DNA of 12,452 nt from Gemmatimonadota bacterium (GTDB taxonomy: Bacteria > Latescibacterota > UBA2968 > UBA8231): positions 1 to 12,452 of the forward strand of contig JAYPJE010000091.1 in NCBI GenBank assembly GCA_038128265.1. Reading direction: 5' to 3'. Positions 1 through 8,200 of this stretch are shown here, piece after piece. Numbering within the stretch: the first letter of the stretch is position 1; the number at the start of each line of letters is the position of its first letter. The translations under genes were made by a program, and so were the position numbers. The notes beneath the pieces were generated by a model, which worked only from the letters and a program-made list of their open reading frames with translations, did not search any database and was not told where the DNA came from.

Positions 1-951
1 GGCGCCGACTGCGCGCGCGACCTAGGCCAGGGCTGGAAGGTGTCACCCTCCGTCGTCGTCGAAGCCGGCAGCACCTTTACCATGGCCGATATCGAGGGTC
101 CGGGCACCATCGAACAAATCTGGCTAACGCCGACGGGCAACTGGCGCATGAGCATTCTGCGCATCTACTGGGACGACCAGGAGCACCCCTCCGTCGAGTG
201 TCCTATCGGCGACTTTTTCGCCTGCGGCTGGGGTCAGTTTGCACAGGTTTCGTCGCTGGCCGTCTGCGTCAACCCCGGCAGCGCCTTTAACTGCTATTGG
301 GCCATGCCCTTTGCCAAGCGCTGCCGCATGACGCTGGAGAACATCGCCGACGAAGACATGCGCCTCTACTATCAGATCAACTACGCCGAAGCGCCAGTTG
401 CCGATAACGCCGCCTACTTTCACGCGCAGTTTCGCCGCACCAATCCGCTGCCCTACAAAGAGGTCTACACCATCGTCGACGGCATCGAGGGCCACGGCCA
501 CTACGCCGGCACCTATATGGCGTGGGGCGTCAACAACTCGGGCTGGTGGGGCGAGGGCGAGATCAAATTCTTTATGGACGGCGACGAGGAGTACCCGACG
601 ATCTGCGGCACGGGAACCGAAGACTACTTCTGTGGATCGTATAACTTCGAGAACAAAGAGACGCGCCAGTACCAGGAGTACTCCACGCCCTACGCCGGCC
701 TGCCGCAGGTGCTGCGCCCCGACGGGGTCTATCGGTCGCAGACGCGCTTTGGCCTCTACCGCTGGCACATTACCGATCCGGTGCGCTTTGGCCAAGACCT
801 GCGCGTGACTATTCAGGCGCTGGGCTGGCGCAGCGGCAGGCGCTACCTGCCTCTGCAGGACGACATCGCCTCGGTGGCCTACTGGTATCAGACGCTGCCC
901 ACCGCGCCGTTTCCACAGATGCCCGGTCGCGACTATTTGGAAATCATTTAA
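1..951 (+). CDS. DUF2961 family protein / glycoside hydrolase family 172 (5'-truncated by the window edge)
   Basis: The frame is open from base 1 (GADCARDLGQGWKVSPS...), so GTG at 40 is an internal Val and not the start. Family motifs: GPGTIEQIWLT, LRIYWDDQEHPSVECPIGDFF, NCYWAMPF, YFHAQFRR, WWGEGE and GTGTEDYF (the two Glu-bearing catalytic motifs of GH172), YRWHITDPVRF, DDIASVAYWYQ. Stop TAA at 949-951. Confidence 0.92.
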   Translation, partial: GADCARDLGQGWKVSPSVVVEAGSTFTMADIEGPGTIEQIWLTPTGNWRMSILRIYWDDQEHPSVECPIGDFFACGWGQFAQVSSLAVCVNPGSAFNCYWAMPFAKRCRMTLENIADEDMRLYYQINYAEAPVADNAAYFHAQFRRTNPLPYKEVYTIVDGIEGHGHYAGTYMAWGVNNSGWWGEGEIKFFMDGDEEYPTICGTGTEDYFCGSYNFENKETRQYQEYSTPYAGLPQVLRPDGVYRSQTRFGLYRWHITDPVRFGQDLRVTIQALGWRSGRRYLPLQDDIASVAYWYQTLPTAPFPQMPGRDYLEII

Positions 952-956
952 AGGAG
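952..956 (+). promoter_or_regulatory. Shine-Dalgarno site for the ankyrin gene
   Basis: AGGAG immediately after the upstream TAA, 6 nt before TTG at 963. Confidence 0.8.
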
Positions 957-962
957 CATCCC

Positions 963-1766
963 TTGATTGGCGACGAGTTACTCGACTTAGCCTGTCTGAC
1001 CTACACCGACCGCGACGTGGCCGAGCGCTACCAAAAGGCGCAGCGCCGTCTCGAGCGAGATCCCGGCCAGTCGGCCGCTAGCATCTTCACGGCCGCAGCC
1101 GTCGGCGACGTGCCGGCTGCCGAGGCCCTGCTGCGCGAAGACCCCGCGCTCGTCTCGGCGCGCGGCGGTCCCTACAACATGGAGCCGCTGCTCTACCTGT
1201 GCTACGCCCGCCTGCACAGCCCCGACCCGGCGCACGACCCGCTGGAAGCGGCCAAGCTGCTGCTGGCCAGCGGCGCCGATCCCAACGCCTATTTTTCGCA
1301 TCCCTACGGCTCAATTTTTACCGCCCTGACCGGCGCGCTGGGCGAGGGCGAACGCGGCCCGGACAACCAGCCGCCGCACCGGCAAAGCGAGGCGCTGGCC
1401 CGCCTGCTGCTCGACGAGGGCGCCCGCCCCAACGACGGGCAGGCGCTCTACAACCGCATGTTCCGCCACGGCCCGGGCAACCGCTGCCTTGAGCTGCTGT
1501 TATCATACGGATTAAAGGCCAGCGACCGGGCCAATTGGCATCCCGATGACGAGGGCGGCGTCGGCATGCTCGACTTCTTGCTCGAGTACGCCGTTAAGCA
1601 GGGCTTTGCCGACCGCGTTGCACTGCTGCTGGAAAACGGCGCCGACCCCAACTTTGCCGGCTTTTACGAGCCCAAAAAGACGCCCTACGCGCACGCGCTG
1701 GAGCTGGGACACAAGCAGATCGCCGCCATGCTGGAAGAGGCGGGCGCCCGCGCGCCTGAAAACTAG
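963..1766 (+). CDS. Ankyrin-repeat domain protein (267 aa)
   Basis: TTG start with a good RBS. Ankyrin-like units: IFTAAAVGDVPAAEALL, AAKLLLASGADPN, LARLLLDEGARPND, LEYAVKQGFADRVALLLENGADPN, TPYAHALELGHKQIAAMLEEAGA. No signal peptide visible. Confidence 0.88.
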   Translation: MIGDELLDLACLTYTDRDVAERYQKAQRRLERDPGQSAASIFTAAAVGDVPAAEALLREDPALVSARGGPYNMEPLLYLCYARLHSPDPAHDPLEAAKLLLASGADPNAYFSHPYGSIFTALTGALGEGERGPDNQPPHRQSEALARLLLDEGARPNDGQALYNRMFRHGPGNRCLELLLSYGLKASDRANWHPDDEGGVGMLDFLLEYAVKQGFADRVALLLENGADPNFAGFYEPKKTPYAHALELGHKQIAAMLEEAGARAPEN

Positions 1767-1769
1767 AAT

Positions 1770-2747
1770 ATGGCCGATACCGCTCTCTACAGGTGGCACT
1801 GCGTGACGGAGCATGCTCCCTTTGCGCCCCGCGACGGGGCCGGCGCGCTGGTCTACGATGGGCGCATGTGGCTGCTAGGCGGCTGGAATCCCGGCGACAA
1901 AACCCACTTTCCGCGCATCTGCAACAACGAGGTATGGTCTTCCGAGAACGGGCGCGACTGGACGCTGGTCAAGCCCAACGCGTTTCTCGACGCGCGCTTT
2001 GATCCGCGCGCCGATTGGGAGGGCCGGCACACGGCCGGCTACGCCGTGCACGACGGCCGTATGTGGATCGTCGGCGGCGACGTCAACCAGGGCCACTACC
2101 ACTTCGACGTGTGGCATTCGCAGGACGGGGCGCAGTGGACGCAGGCCAATCCGCACGACCCCGTTCCCTGGGGTCCGCGCGCCCTGCACTATACGGTGGC
2201 GTTTGGCGACGCCATCTGGATTATGGGCGGACAGACTGTGCCGCAGCTGGCCGCCGAAGACGAGCGGCGCTACAGCGATATATGGCGCAGCCGCGACGGC
2301 GTGCACTGGCAACAGATTGTCCGCCGCGAGCCGGCCTGGGCCCCGCGCGGCATGATCGGCGGCAGCGCCGTCTTCCAAGACCGCATCTGGGTAGTGGGCG
2401 GGGGCCTCTACGACACGCCGGCCCATCCCGGCCGCGTCTTTTACAGCGACGTGTGGAGCAGCGCCGATGGCGTCGAGTGGACGCTGCACACCCCGGCCGC
2501 GCCGTGGGCGTCGCGCCAGTACCACGAAGTGGCCGTCTTTGACAACCGGCTGTGGGTATTAGAGGGATGGAACGGCGCCAATCGCAGCGACGTGTGGCAT
2601 TCGCAGGACGGCACCCAGTGGCACGAACTCGAAACGCCGTGGGCGCCGCGCCACGCCGCCAGCGTATTCGTGCACGCCGACGCGCTGTGGGTGGTCGCCG
2701 GCAACAATATGCAGAGCGACGTGTGGAAGCTGGTGCGCGAGGAATGA
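1770..2747 (+). CDS. Kelch-like six-bladed beta-propeller protein with Asp-box-like (SxDGxxW) motifs (325 aa)
   Basis: Six Kelch-type strands (MWLLGG, MWIVGG, IWIMGG, IWVVGG, LWVLEG, LWVVAG). Five are followed by (D/E)(V/I)WxSx(D/N)GxxW. ATG lies 3 nt after the ankyrin stop. No signal peptide visible. Confidence 0.87.
   Translation: MADTALYRWHCVTEHAPFAPRDGAGALVYDGRMWLLGGWNPGDKTHFPRICNNEVWSSENGRDWTLVKPNAFLDARFDPRADWEGRHTAGYAVHDGRMWIVGGDVNQGHYHFDVWHSQDGAQWTQANPHDPVPWGPRALHYTVAFGDAIWIMGGQTVPQLAAEDERRYSDIWRSRDGVHWQQIVRREPAWAPRGMIGGSAVFQDRIWVVGGGLYDTPAHPGRVFYSDVWSSADGVEWTLHTPAAPWASRQYHEVAVFDNRLWVLEGWNGANRSDVWHSQDGTQWHELETPWAPRHAASVFVHADALWVVAGNNMQSDVWKLVREE
2105..2611 (+). repeat. Exact 24-bp direct repeat inside the propeller gene (2105-2128 and 2588-2611)
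   Basis: CGACGTGTGGCATTCGCAGGACGG occurs twice and encodes DVWHSQDG in blades 2 and 5. Confidence 0.9.
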
Positions 2748-2796
2748 AAAACGGGCCATCTGCCGGTTGCACTAACCGCCCGATGGCCCGTCTGTT
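2747..2796 (-). terminator. Rho-independent terminator, strongest for the - strand gene, possibly bidirectional
   Basis: Perfect 10-bp arms ACGGGCCATC (2751-2760) / GATGGCCCGT (2782-2791) plus an inner stem CGGTT/AACCG (2764-2768/2774-2778) around a 5-nt loop. The A-run at 2747-2751 gives a U-tract on the - strand; TCTGTT follows on the + strand. It lies between convergent genes. Confidence 0.8.
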
Positions 2797-2815
2797 GCAG
2801 ATCGAATCGCAGGCC

Positions 2816-4285
2816 TTAAAACGTGCTCTCTTTGGTCGTCATCGAGCACCAGCGCGCCGCATTCAGATAGTCGATCAGCGCCGCCTGCGCCTCCAGCGTG
2901 CCAATGCGCTGCAGCGCCGTGGCGCTGTGACCGCTAACGTAGCGATTGTCGGTGTCGCGCAGCGCTTCGGCCAGATCGGGCACGGCAGCGGCGGCGCGCG
3001 CGCCCAAACGCGCCAAGCCGTAGGCCGCTTCGTAGCGCGTTTGACCGTCTGAATCTTTAAGCAGCTTGCACAGGGCCGGCACGGCTTCGTCTGTCGCAGC
3101 GGCGGTGCCCAGCGCCTCGGCCGCGTTGCGCCGCACCCAGTCGGAGTCGTCATCGGCCAGTATTGCCACGCCGCGGGCCGCCTCTTCACCAGAAATAGAC
3201 CCCATATCGCCCAGGGCAAAGGCGGCAAAACCGCGCGCAGCTTCCTCGCTCGACTGCAGGGCATCGACCAGAGCCGGCACGGCTGCTGCGCCGGTTTGGG
3301 CTAAGCCATGTGCAGCTACCAGACGGACTTCTTCGCGCTCATCGGACAGCGCGTCGGACAGCGCGTCGACGGCGCTGTTGCCCGCAGCACTCATGGCATA
3401 GGCGGCGCTCGTGCGCACGGGCTCGCGTTCGTCGCGCAGGGCGGCGGCTAGATCGTCCAGGGCATCGACCGCCCCTTCCCCTTTAAAGCCCAGCTCGCTG
3501 ACGGCGCGCAGGCGCACGGCCGGATCGGCGTCCTTGAGCTCGGCGCGCAGCGCGGCTACGGGACGGCCGTTGCCGACTGGCAGCGCTCCGCCGCCGCAGT
3601 GCCAATCCCACAGCTTGGCCCACATGAAGTTTTCCTCTTTGTCTCCCCATACTTTGTCCCGGCAGTTCCACGTCGGCGCCGTCGGCTCGCTCATGCGGGT
3701 GAATTGGAACTTCATCATATAGCGGGTGCGCGGAATTTGGCTGGGCATGGCCCGATGCCAAAGGTCGAAATGCACCAGCGCACAGGTGCCCGCCTCGCCG
3801 GTGACGGGCAGGTGTACCTCCTCGGCTTCGCTGTCGGCGCGCTGTTCAAAGCACTGCGTGCCCGGCATCACCCCGGTCGGCCCGTTTTCCAACGGCGTGT
3901 CCTGCGGGTAGTAAAAGATCATCGCCCAGCGCGTGCGGTGGCTGCGCACCTTGCGAAAACCCCAGTAGCTGTCCTTGTGCCAGCCGCCGCCTTCGTTGGG
4001 CCCGCAGTTGACGTGTGGGTGGCGGTGCACGTGCATGACGTAGTCGGGACCCAGCACGCTGCTGAGGGCGCCCGTGACGACCGGGTCGGCAAACACCTTG
4101 CCCAATTCGGGCACGCGCGGCAGGACGTTATTGCCCGGATTGCCCTCCCTTTCAAAAACCTCTTCCGTGCGCTCATAAATGCGCTGGTGCACGTCTGAGG
4201 GCAGTTCGGTCTTGAGTTTGACAAAGCCGTTGACGATGAATTCTTTCATTTGCTCGTCGCTGAGCAGATACGTTGGATCGACCAA
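2816..4285 (-). CDS. Phytanoyl-CoA dioxygenase (PhyH)-family Fe(II)/2OG dioxygenase fused to HEAT/PBS-lyase-like repeats (489 aa)
   Basis: TTG start with GGGAGAG RBS at about 4293-4299. PhyH features: LSDEQMKEFIVNGF, WHKD (HxD, 3971-3979), ENGPTGVMPGT, GEAGTCALVHFDLWHRA (distal His 3755-3757), R..MKFQF. The C-terminal half has seven LxxxLxDxxxxVRxxAAxALG-type repeats (about 2850-3560). Confidence 0.9.
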   Translation of the reverse strand: MVDPTYLLSDEQMKEFIVNGFVKLKTELPSDVHQRIYERTEEVFEREGNPGNNVLPRVPELGKVFADPVVTGALSSVLGPDYVMHVHRHPHVNCGPNEGGGWHKDSYWGFRKVRSHRTRWAMIFYYPQDTPLENGPTGVMPGTQCFEQRADSEAEEVHLPVTGEAGTCALVHFDLWHRAMPSQIPRTRYMMKFQFTRMSEPTAPTWNCRDKVWGDKEENFMWAKLWDWHCGGGALPVGNGRPVAALRAELKDADPAVRLRAVSELGFKGEGAVDALDDLAAALRDEREPVRTSAAYAMSAAGNSAVDALSDALSDEREEVRLVAAHGLAQTGAAAVPALVDALQSSEEAARGFAAFALGDMGSISGEEAARGVAILADDDSDWVRRNAAEALGTAAATDEAVPALCKLLKDSDGQTRYEAAYGLARLGARAAAAVPDLAEALRDTDNRYVSGHSATALQRIGTLEAQAALIDYLNAARWCSMTTKESTF

Positions 4286-4423
4286 AGCGATACTCTCCCG
4301 TTAGGCCAATGGTTAGACTAGCCGGAGCGCGGCGCACGCGGCCGGAGTCGGGGCCGGTTCGACGCACTTCTCTGCGCAAATAAAATGTACTCCATCGGCG
4401 GCGACAAGCGCGCCCACGCAACC
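4286..4423. promoter_or_regulatory. Divergent intergenic region with candidate promoters
   Basis: Lies between divergent genes. Candidate -10 TAAAAT at 4381-4386 (+) with TCGACG 16 nt upstream. Candidate -10 TAGTCT at 4315-4320 (-). These are consensus matches only. Confidence 0.35.
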
Positions 4424-5272
4424 ATGTCTACATCGCCACTCTACGTATCCGACCTGGACGGCACCCTGCTGCAACCCGACGGCACGCTGTCCGAATACAG
4501 CCAGACCCATCTCAACCGACTCATCGCAGACGGACTGCAGTTTAGCGTTGCGACGGCGCGCAGCACGGCGTCCATGCGCCAGATCCTGCGCGGCGTCGAT
4601 CTCTCGCTGCCCGTCGTCAATCTCAACGGTGCGCTGCTGTCCGATTTGCACAGCGGCCATCACCACGCCATGCACGCGCTGGTGCCCGATGTGTGCGAGC
4701 AGCTGCACGCGTGCATGAACGCACGCGGTCACAGTCCCTTTGTATCGGCGACCACCGGTCAGCGCGATCGCCTATACTATGAGGGAGTATACAACGAGGG
4801 CATGCAGTGGTTTGTCGACGAGCGCCAGCGCGTCGGCGATCCGCGCCTGATGCGCGTCGACGATGTGCATCGGTCTTTCGATGAACACGTCCTCGCCCTG
4901 ACGGTCATCGCCCCTAGCGCGCAAGAAATCGACGCGCTGCGCGCCGACCTGCTGGCCGAATGCGCCGACTCGGTGCAGGTCTACGTATTTCCCAACGGCT
5001 ATTCGGATCTGGGCGATGTCTGGTTGACGGTCTCCGATGCACTCGCCACCAAAGACCGTGGCATTCGCCTGCTGGCCGAGCACGGCGGCTTCGCGCTCGA
5101 CGCGCTAACGGTGTTCGGCGATGGTGAAAACGATGTGGGGATGTTCGAGATGGCGCCCAATGCCGTCGCCGTCGCCAACGCCGTGCCACCTATACGCCAG
5201 CGGGCCACGGAATGGATCGGCGATCACGGGGAGGACAGCGTCGTGAAGTATTTGCAGAGAGTGCGGGCCTAG
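4424..5272 (+). CDS. Cof-type HAD-superfamily (subclass IIB) hydrolase / phosphatase (282 aa)
   Basis: Motif I LYVSDLDGTLL, motif II SVATARS, cap-entry NLNGA, motif III ATKDRGI, motif IV VFGDGENDVGMF..AVAVANA. ATG at 4424 is preferred over ATG at 4385 because motif I normally lies a few residues from the N-terminus. Stop TAG at 5270-5272. Confidence 0.92.
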   Translation: MSTSPLYVSDLDGTLLQPDGTLSEYSQTHLNRLIADGLQFSVATARSTASMRQILRGVDLSLPVVNLNGALLSDLHSGHHHAMHALVPDVCEQLHACMNARGHSPFVSATTGQRDRLYYEGVYNEGMQWFVDERQRVGDPRLMRVDDVHRSFDEHVLALTVIAPSAQEIDALRADLLAECADSVQVYVFPNGYSDLGDVWLTVSDALATKDRGIRLLAEHGGFALDALTVFGDGENDVGMFEMAPNAVAVANAVPPIRQRATEWIGDHGEDSVVKYLQRVRA

Positions 5273-5281
5273 CGCTGCGGC

Positions 5282-8200
5282 CTATTGCACGCCGTTGTTG
5301 AGGCCACCCAGCGGCGACGCAATATCGCGCTCGGAAAACTTGATCTGCACTTTCATATAGGGCCCGCGCGCCCAGTAGGAGGCGTTGGACAGCTCGCGGT
5401 CTTCGCTGCCGGCCAGATTATAGCCCAGCGCCAGGCGCGTATTCTTCAGTGCGATATAGCCGATTTCCAGCGCCGAGCCGTGATTCAATTTGTCCTGTTC
5501 ATACTGGTTCAATATGCGCAGTTCGGCCAGCGTGTCCCACCGCTGCGTCCACTCGTAGCGCAGGTGCGTCGACCAGAGATCCGTCAGGGCTTGTGCCTCT
5601 ACGCGCCCCGTGCGCACCCTGTTCAGTTTGAAGGTGTAGCGCGCATACCACTCCAAGGATGCCAGCGGCTGGACGATCGTCTCTACGGAACCAATGTGCG
5701 ATGTTTTTTGCGCGTCGCCCTGCTGGCGCTCGTTGCTTTCCGACTTCAGCTCGTACTTGAGAATCGCGTTGATCACATCGTTGCTATACGGACGATGCGC
5801 CAATCCCAGCGAGAGCTGGTGGCGGCGAATGGGTTCCATGCGCGACGTAGTGCGGTTGAGCTGGGATTCGTCTAAGAACGTGTGCTTGGCCAAAATGGAC
5901 CACGTGCGCGCAATGGACCAATCGCCGGCGCTGGTGATGACCATCTTATCCGTGCTGCGCCCGTCGCGTCGCTCAAAGCGCGCGCTGGCTTTGAGCGGAT
6001 CGGTCGGCAGATACTGGGTGGCAATGCTGTAGGCCGTGAAGTCGTTGGCCCCCGTGCCGCGCAGCGTGCGCATGCGTTCAAAGGTGGTATCAAACGTCCA
6101 TTCTTCGGTAACGCTGTAGCGGTGTTTCAACCCGACGATGGCCTGATTCTGCTCGCGGCGCAAACCCGAGTCGAGCTGGTATCGGGCATACATGTTCAGA
6201 TCTTCGACCAGCGTAGACTCAATGCCCCAATTCGTGTAGCTCGACTTCCACAGGCTCTCGTCGCGGAATGCGTGTTCCATCACGAATTCGACCCCGTCGC
6301 GCAGCTTCCAGCGCCCGTTGATTCTGTTGAGCGTCGGACGGTAGTTGAGCTCCTCGTCGCCCAGCGTCTGGTCGCGCTCCACGCCTAAACGCAGACGCTC
6401 GTTTGCCGCCCACTCCAACCCACCGTTCAGCGTCGTGCTGTTGGCAGTGGCAGCGCCCCCCCCGCTCAGGCGCGTCGACTCAATCGACATCGTCTGCGAC
6501 ACCGCGCCCCAGTCCATCTGGCCGCTCAGCGAACCGCTGCGCCGCTGCTGCCCCGTCAGGTCGCTGTCCGTCTGATAGGCCTCGCCCACGAGCTTGAGTC
6601 GGTTGGCAAGGCGCCAGTGCAGACGGCTTCGCATCTTGCGCTCACCGGGCCGAGCCGTGGTGCTGCTGGTGTTCAGGTAGTCACCCTGGGCGTCGCGGTA
6701 GTAGAGTTCGTATCCGGCATGGTCACCCAGCGCGCCCTGTCCCTCGACCTTCCAAGCCCAGGCGTCTTCCTGTCCGCGCACGCGCGAACGACCCACCTCG
6801 GAGGAAATGGACAGGGCGTCGGAAAAGCGCACTCGACCTTCGAGGCCAGCCAGCAGATAGTCGCCGCCAGGACGCTCTTCGTTGACGGCCGTCGTGCCCA
6901 AGCCCCAGCGCTCCCCTCCATCTAGATACACGTGGGCACCGCTGACCCACTGTTCGTCAATAACCTGTTTGGTTTCATAGGTCACGACGATAAACTGGGG
7001 GTTTTCGTCGGCGTCATAGCTAGCGACAGGACGCTTGAACAACAGCGTCGCCGCCTGGTAATCCACGTCGTAGTCTTTGTAGCGATACTGCCGGCGCTCC
7101 TGCAGCACCTTTTCCGGATGCAGGCGATCGCGCACCTGCAGCACCACCTGTTCGCTGCCCTCGACAATCTCGAGCCCGCGCGCCTGCGCCGACAGATCGT
7201 ATAAACCCGAGATGCCCTCGCCGCGTATCTGATCGACCTGGGTCGTCTGCTGCGTCTGGGCAGCGAAGGCGCGCGTGATCAGGCGCTGCGTGCGCGTCTG
7301 CGCGCTGACGCCGGTGAATACGCGCTGGTATGACGTGAGCTCGGCCTGAGAAAGGCGCGTGGCAAAGTCGCCGTACTGCAGGTAGGTCTGGTCGCGTTCC
7401 AAGCGGGCGTAGAGCTTGCTCATCGTCGGCGCTTCGTAGAAGATCGAGCTGGCATCACCGTATATTGGATACACCTGTTCGGGGCGCAGAAAGCGAAATA
7501 CCTGGCTGTCGTAATAGCGATCGGAATCGTACGACGAGGTGAGCAGCCAGCGATCGCCCAGCGTGCCGCGGGCAAAGTAAGCCAGGCGGCCGTTGGCGTA
7601 GGCGCCCTCTTCCAAGTCCGCCGCGCCGCTGCTACCGGCAGGTGCCTCCTTTTCGTTCCACCCGAACTGGCCGTCGGCCATGCCGACGATATTCCACTCC
7701 GTCTCGCGCGTGGTGAAGTACAGCGTCTGCGTATCCTCGACCGAACCCGCTCCGACGACCAGGCGCGAAGGGCCCGGCTGCGCCGACGGGCGGATGCGCA
7801 GCACTACCTGACCGTTATCAACCGCTAGCTGGGTGCCTGGCTCGTCTGGAAGCAGGTCTTCGTTGGCCAACTCGCCGCGTTCCAGCTGCACGGTTACGGC
7901 CTGGCCGGCCCCCGCGTTCTTACCCCACGCATCGCGCACGAATACGAAGACTTCGTGCTGGGCCAGCGTGTCGGCCGGAATGCGCAAGAACGCATCGTCG
8001 ATCTCCACTTCTGCTACGGGGCCCGCTACGTGCACCTTGACGCTATCGGTCGCGTCGGGCATGCGCTGCTGCTGCACGACCCACAGCGAGGGCCCCAGCG
8101 GCAGCTGGACATCGGCAAAATAGGCGCGACCCGCCCCATCCGTTTGTTGGCTGGCGACAATCTGGTCGTTGTGCAGCAGCAGCAGGGTGCTGTTGGCCGC

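Noticed and set aside
40..42. GTG start called for the GH172 ORF
   Set aside because: The frame is open to base 1 with family-like sequence (ARDLGQGWKVSP), so the true start is outside the window.
2105..2611. 24-bp direct repeats as a possible CRISPR array or attachment sites
   Set aside because: Only two copies, 483 bp apart, both coding the same propeller motif. No cas or integrase gene is nearby.
2751..2791. Hairpin as a REP/MITE or ncRNA
   Set aside because: It is single-copy in the window, and its position between convergent stops with a U-tract is adequately explained by a terminator.
3342..3368. 12-bp tandem repeat TCGGACAGCGCG x2
   Set aside because: It is in frame, encodes DALS-DALS within a normal-length HEAT repeat and has only two copies, so it is not a contingency locus.
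4385..4423. Upstream ATG for the HAD gene
   Set aside because: It adds 13 residues with no family character and overlaps a candidate -10 element. ATG at 4424 fits HAD motif I spacing better, though neither start has a clear SD.
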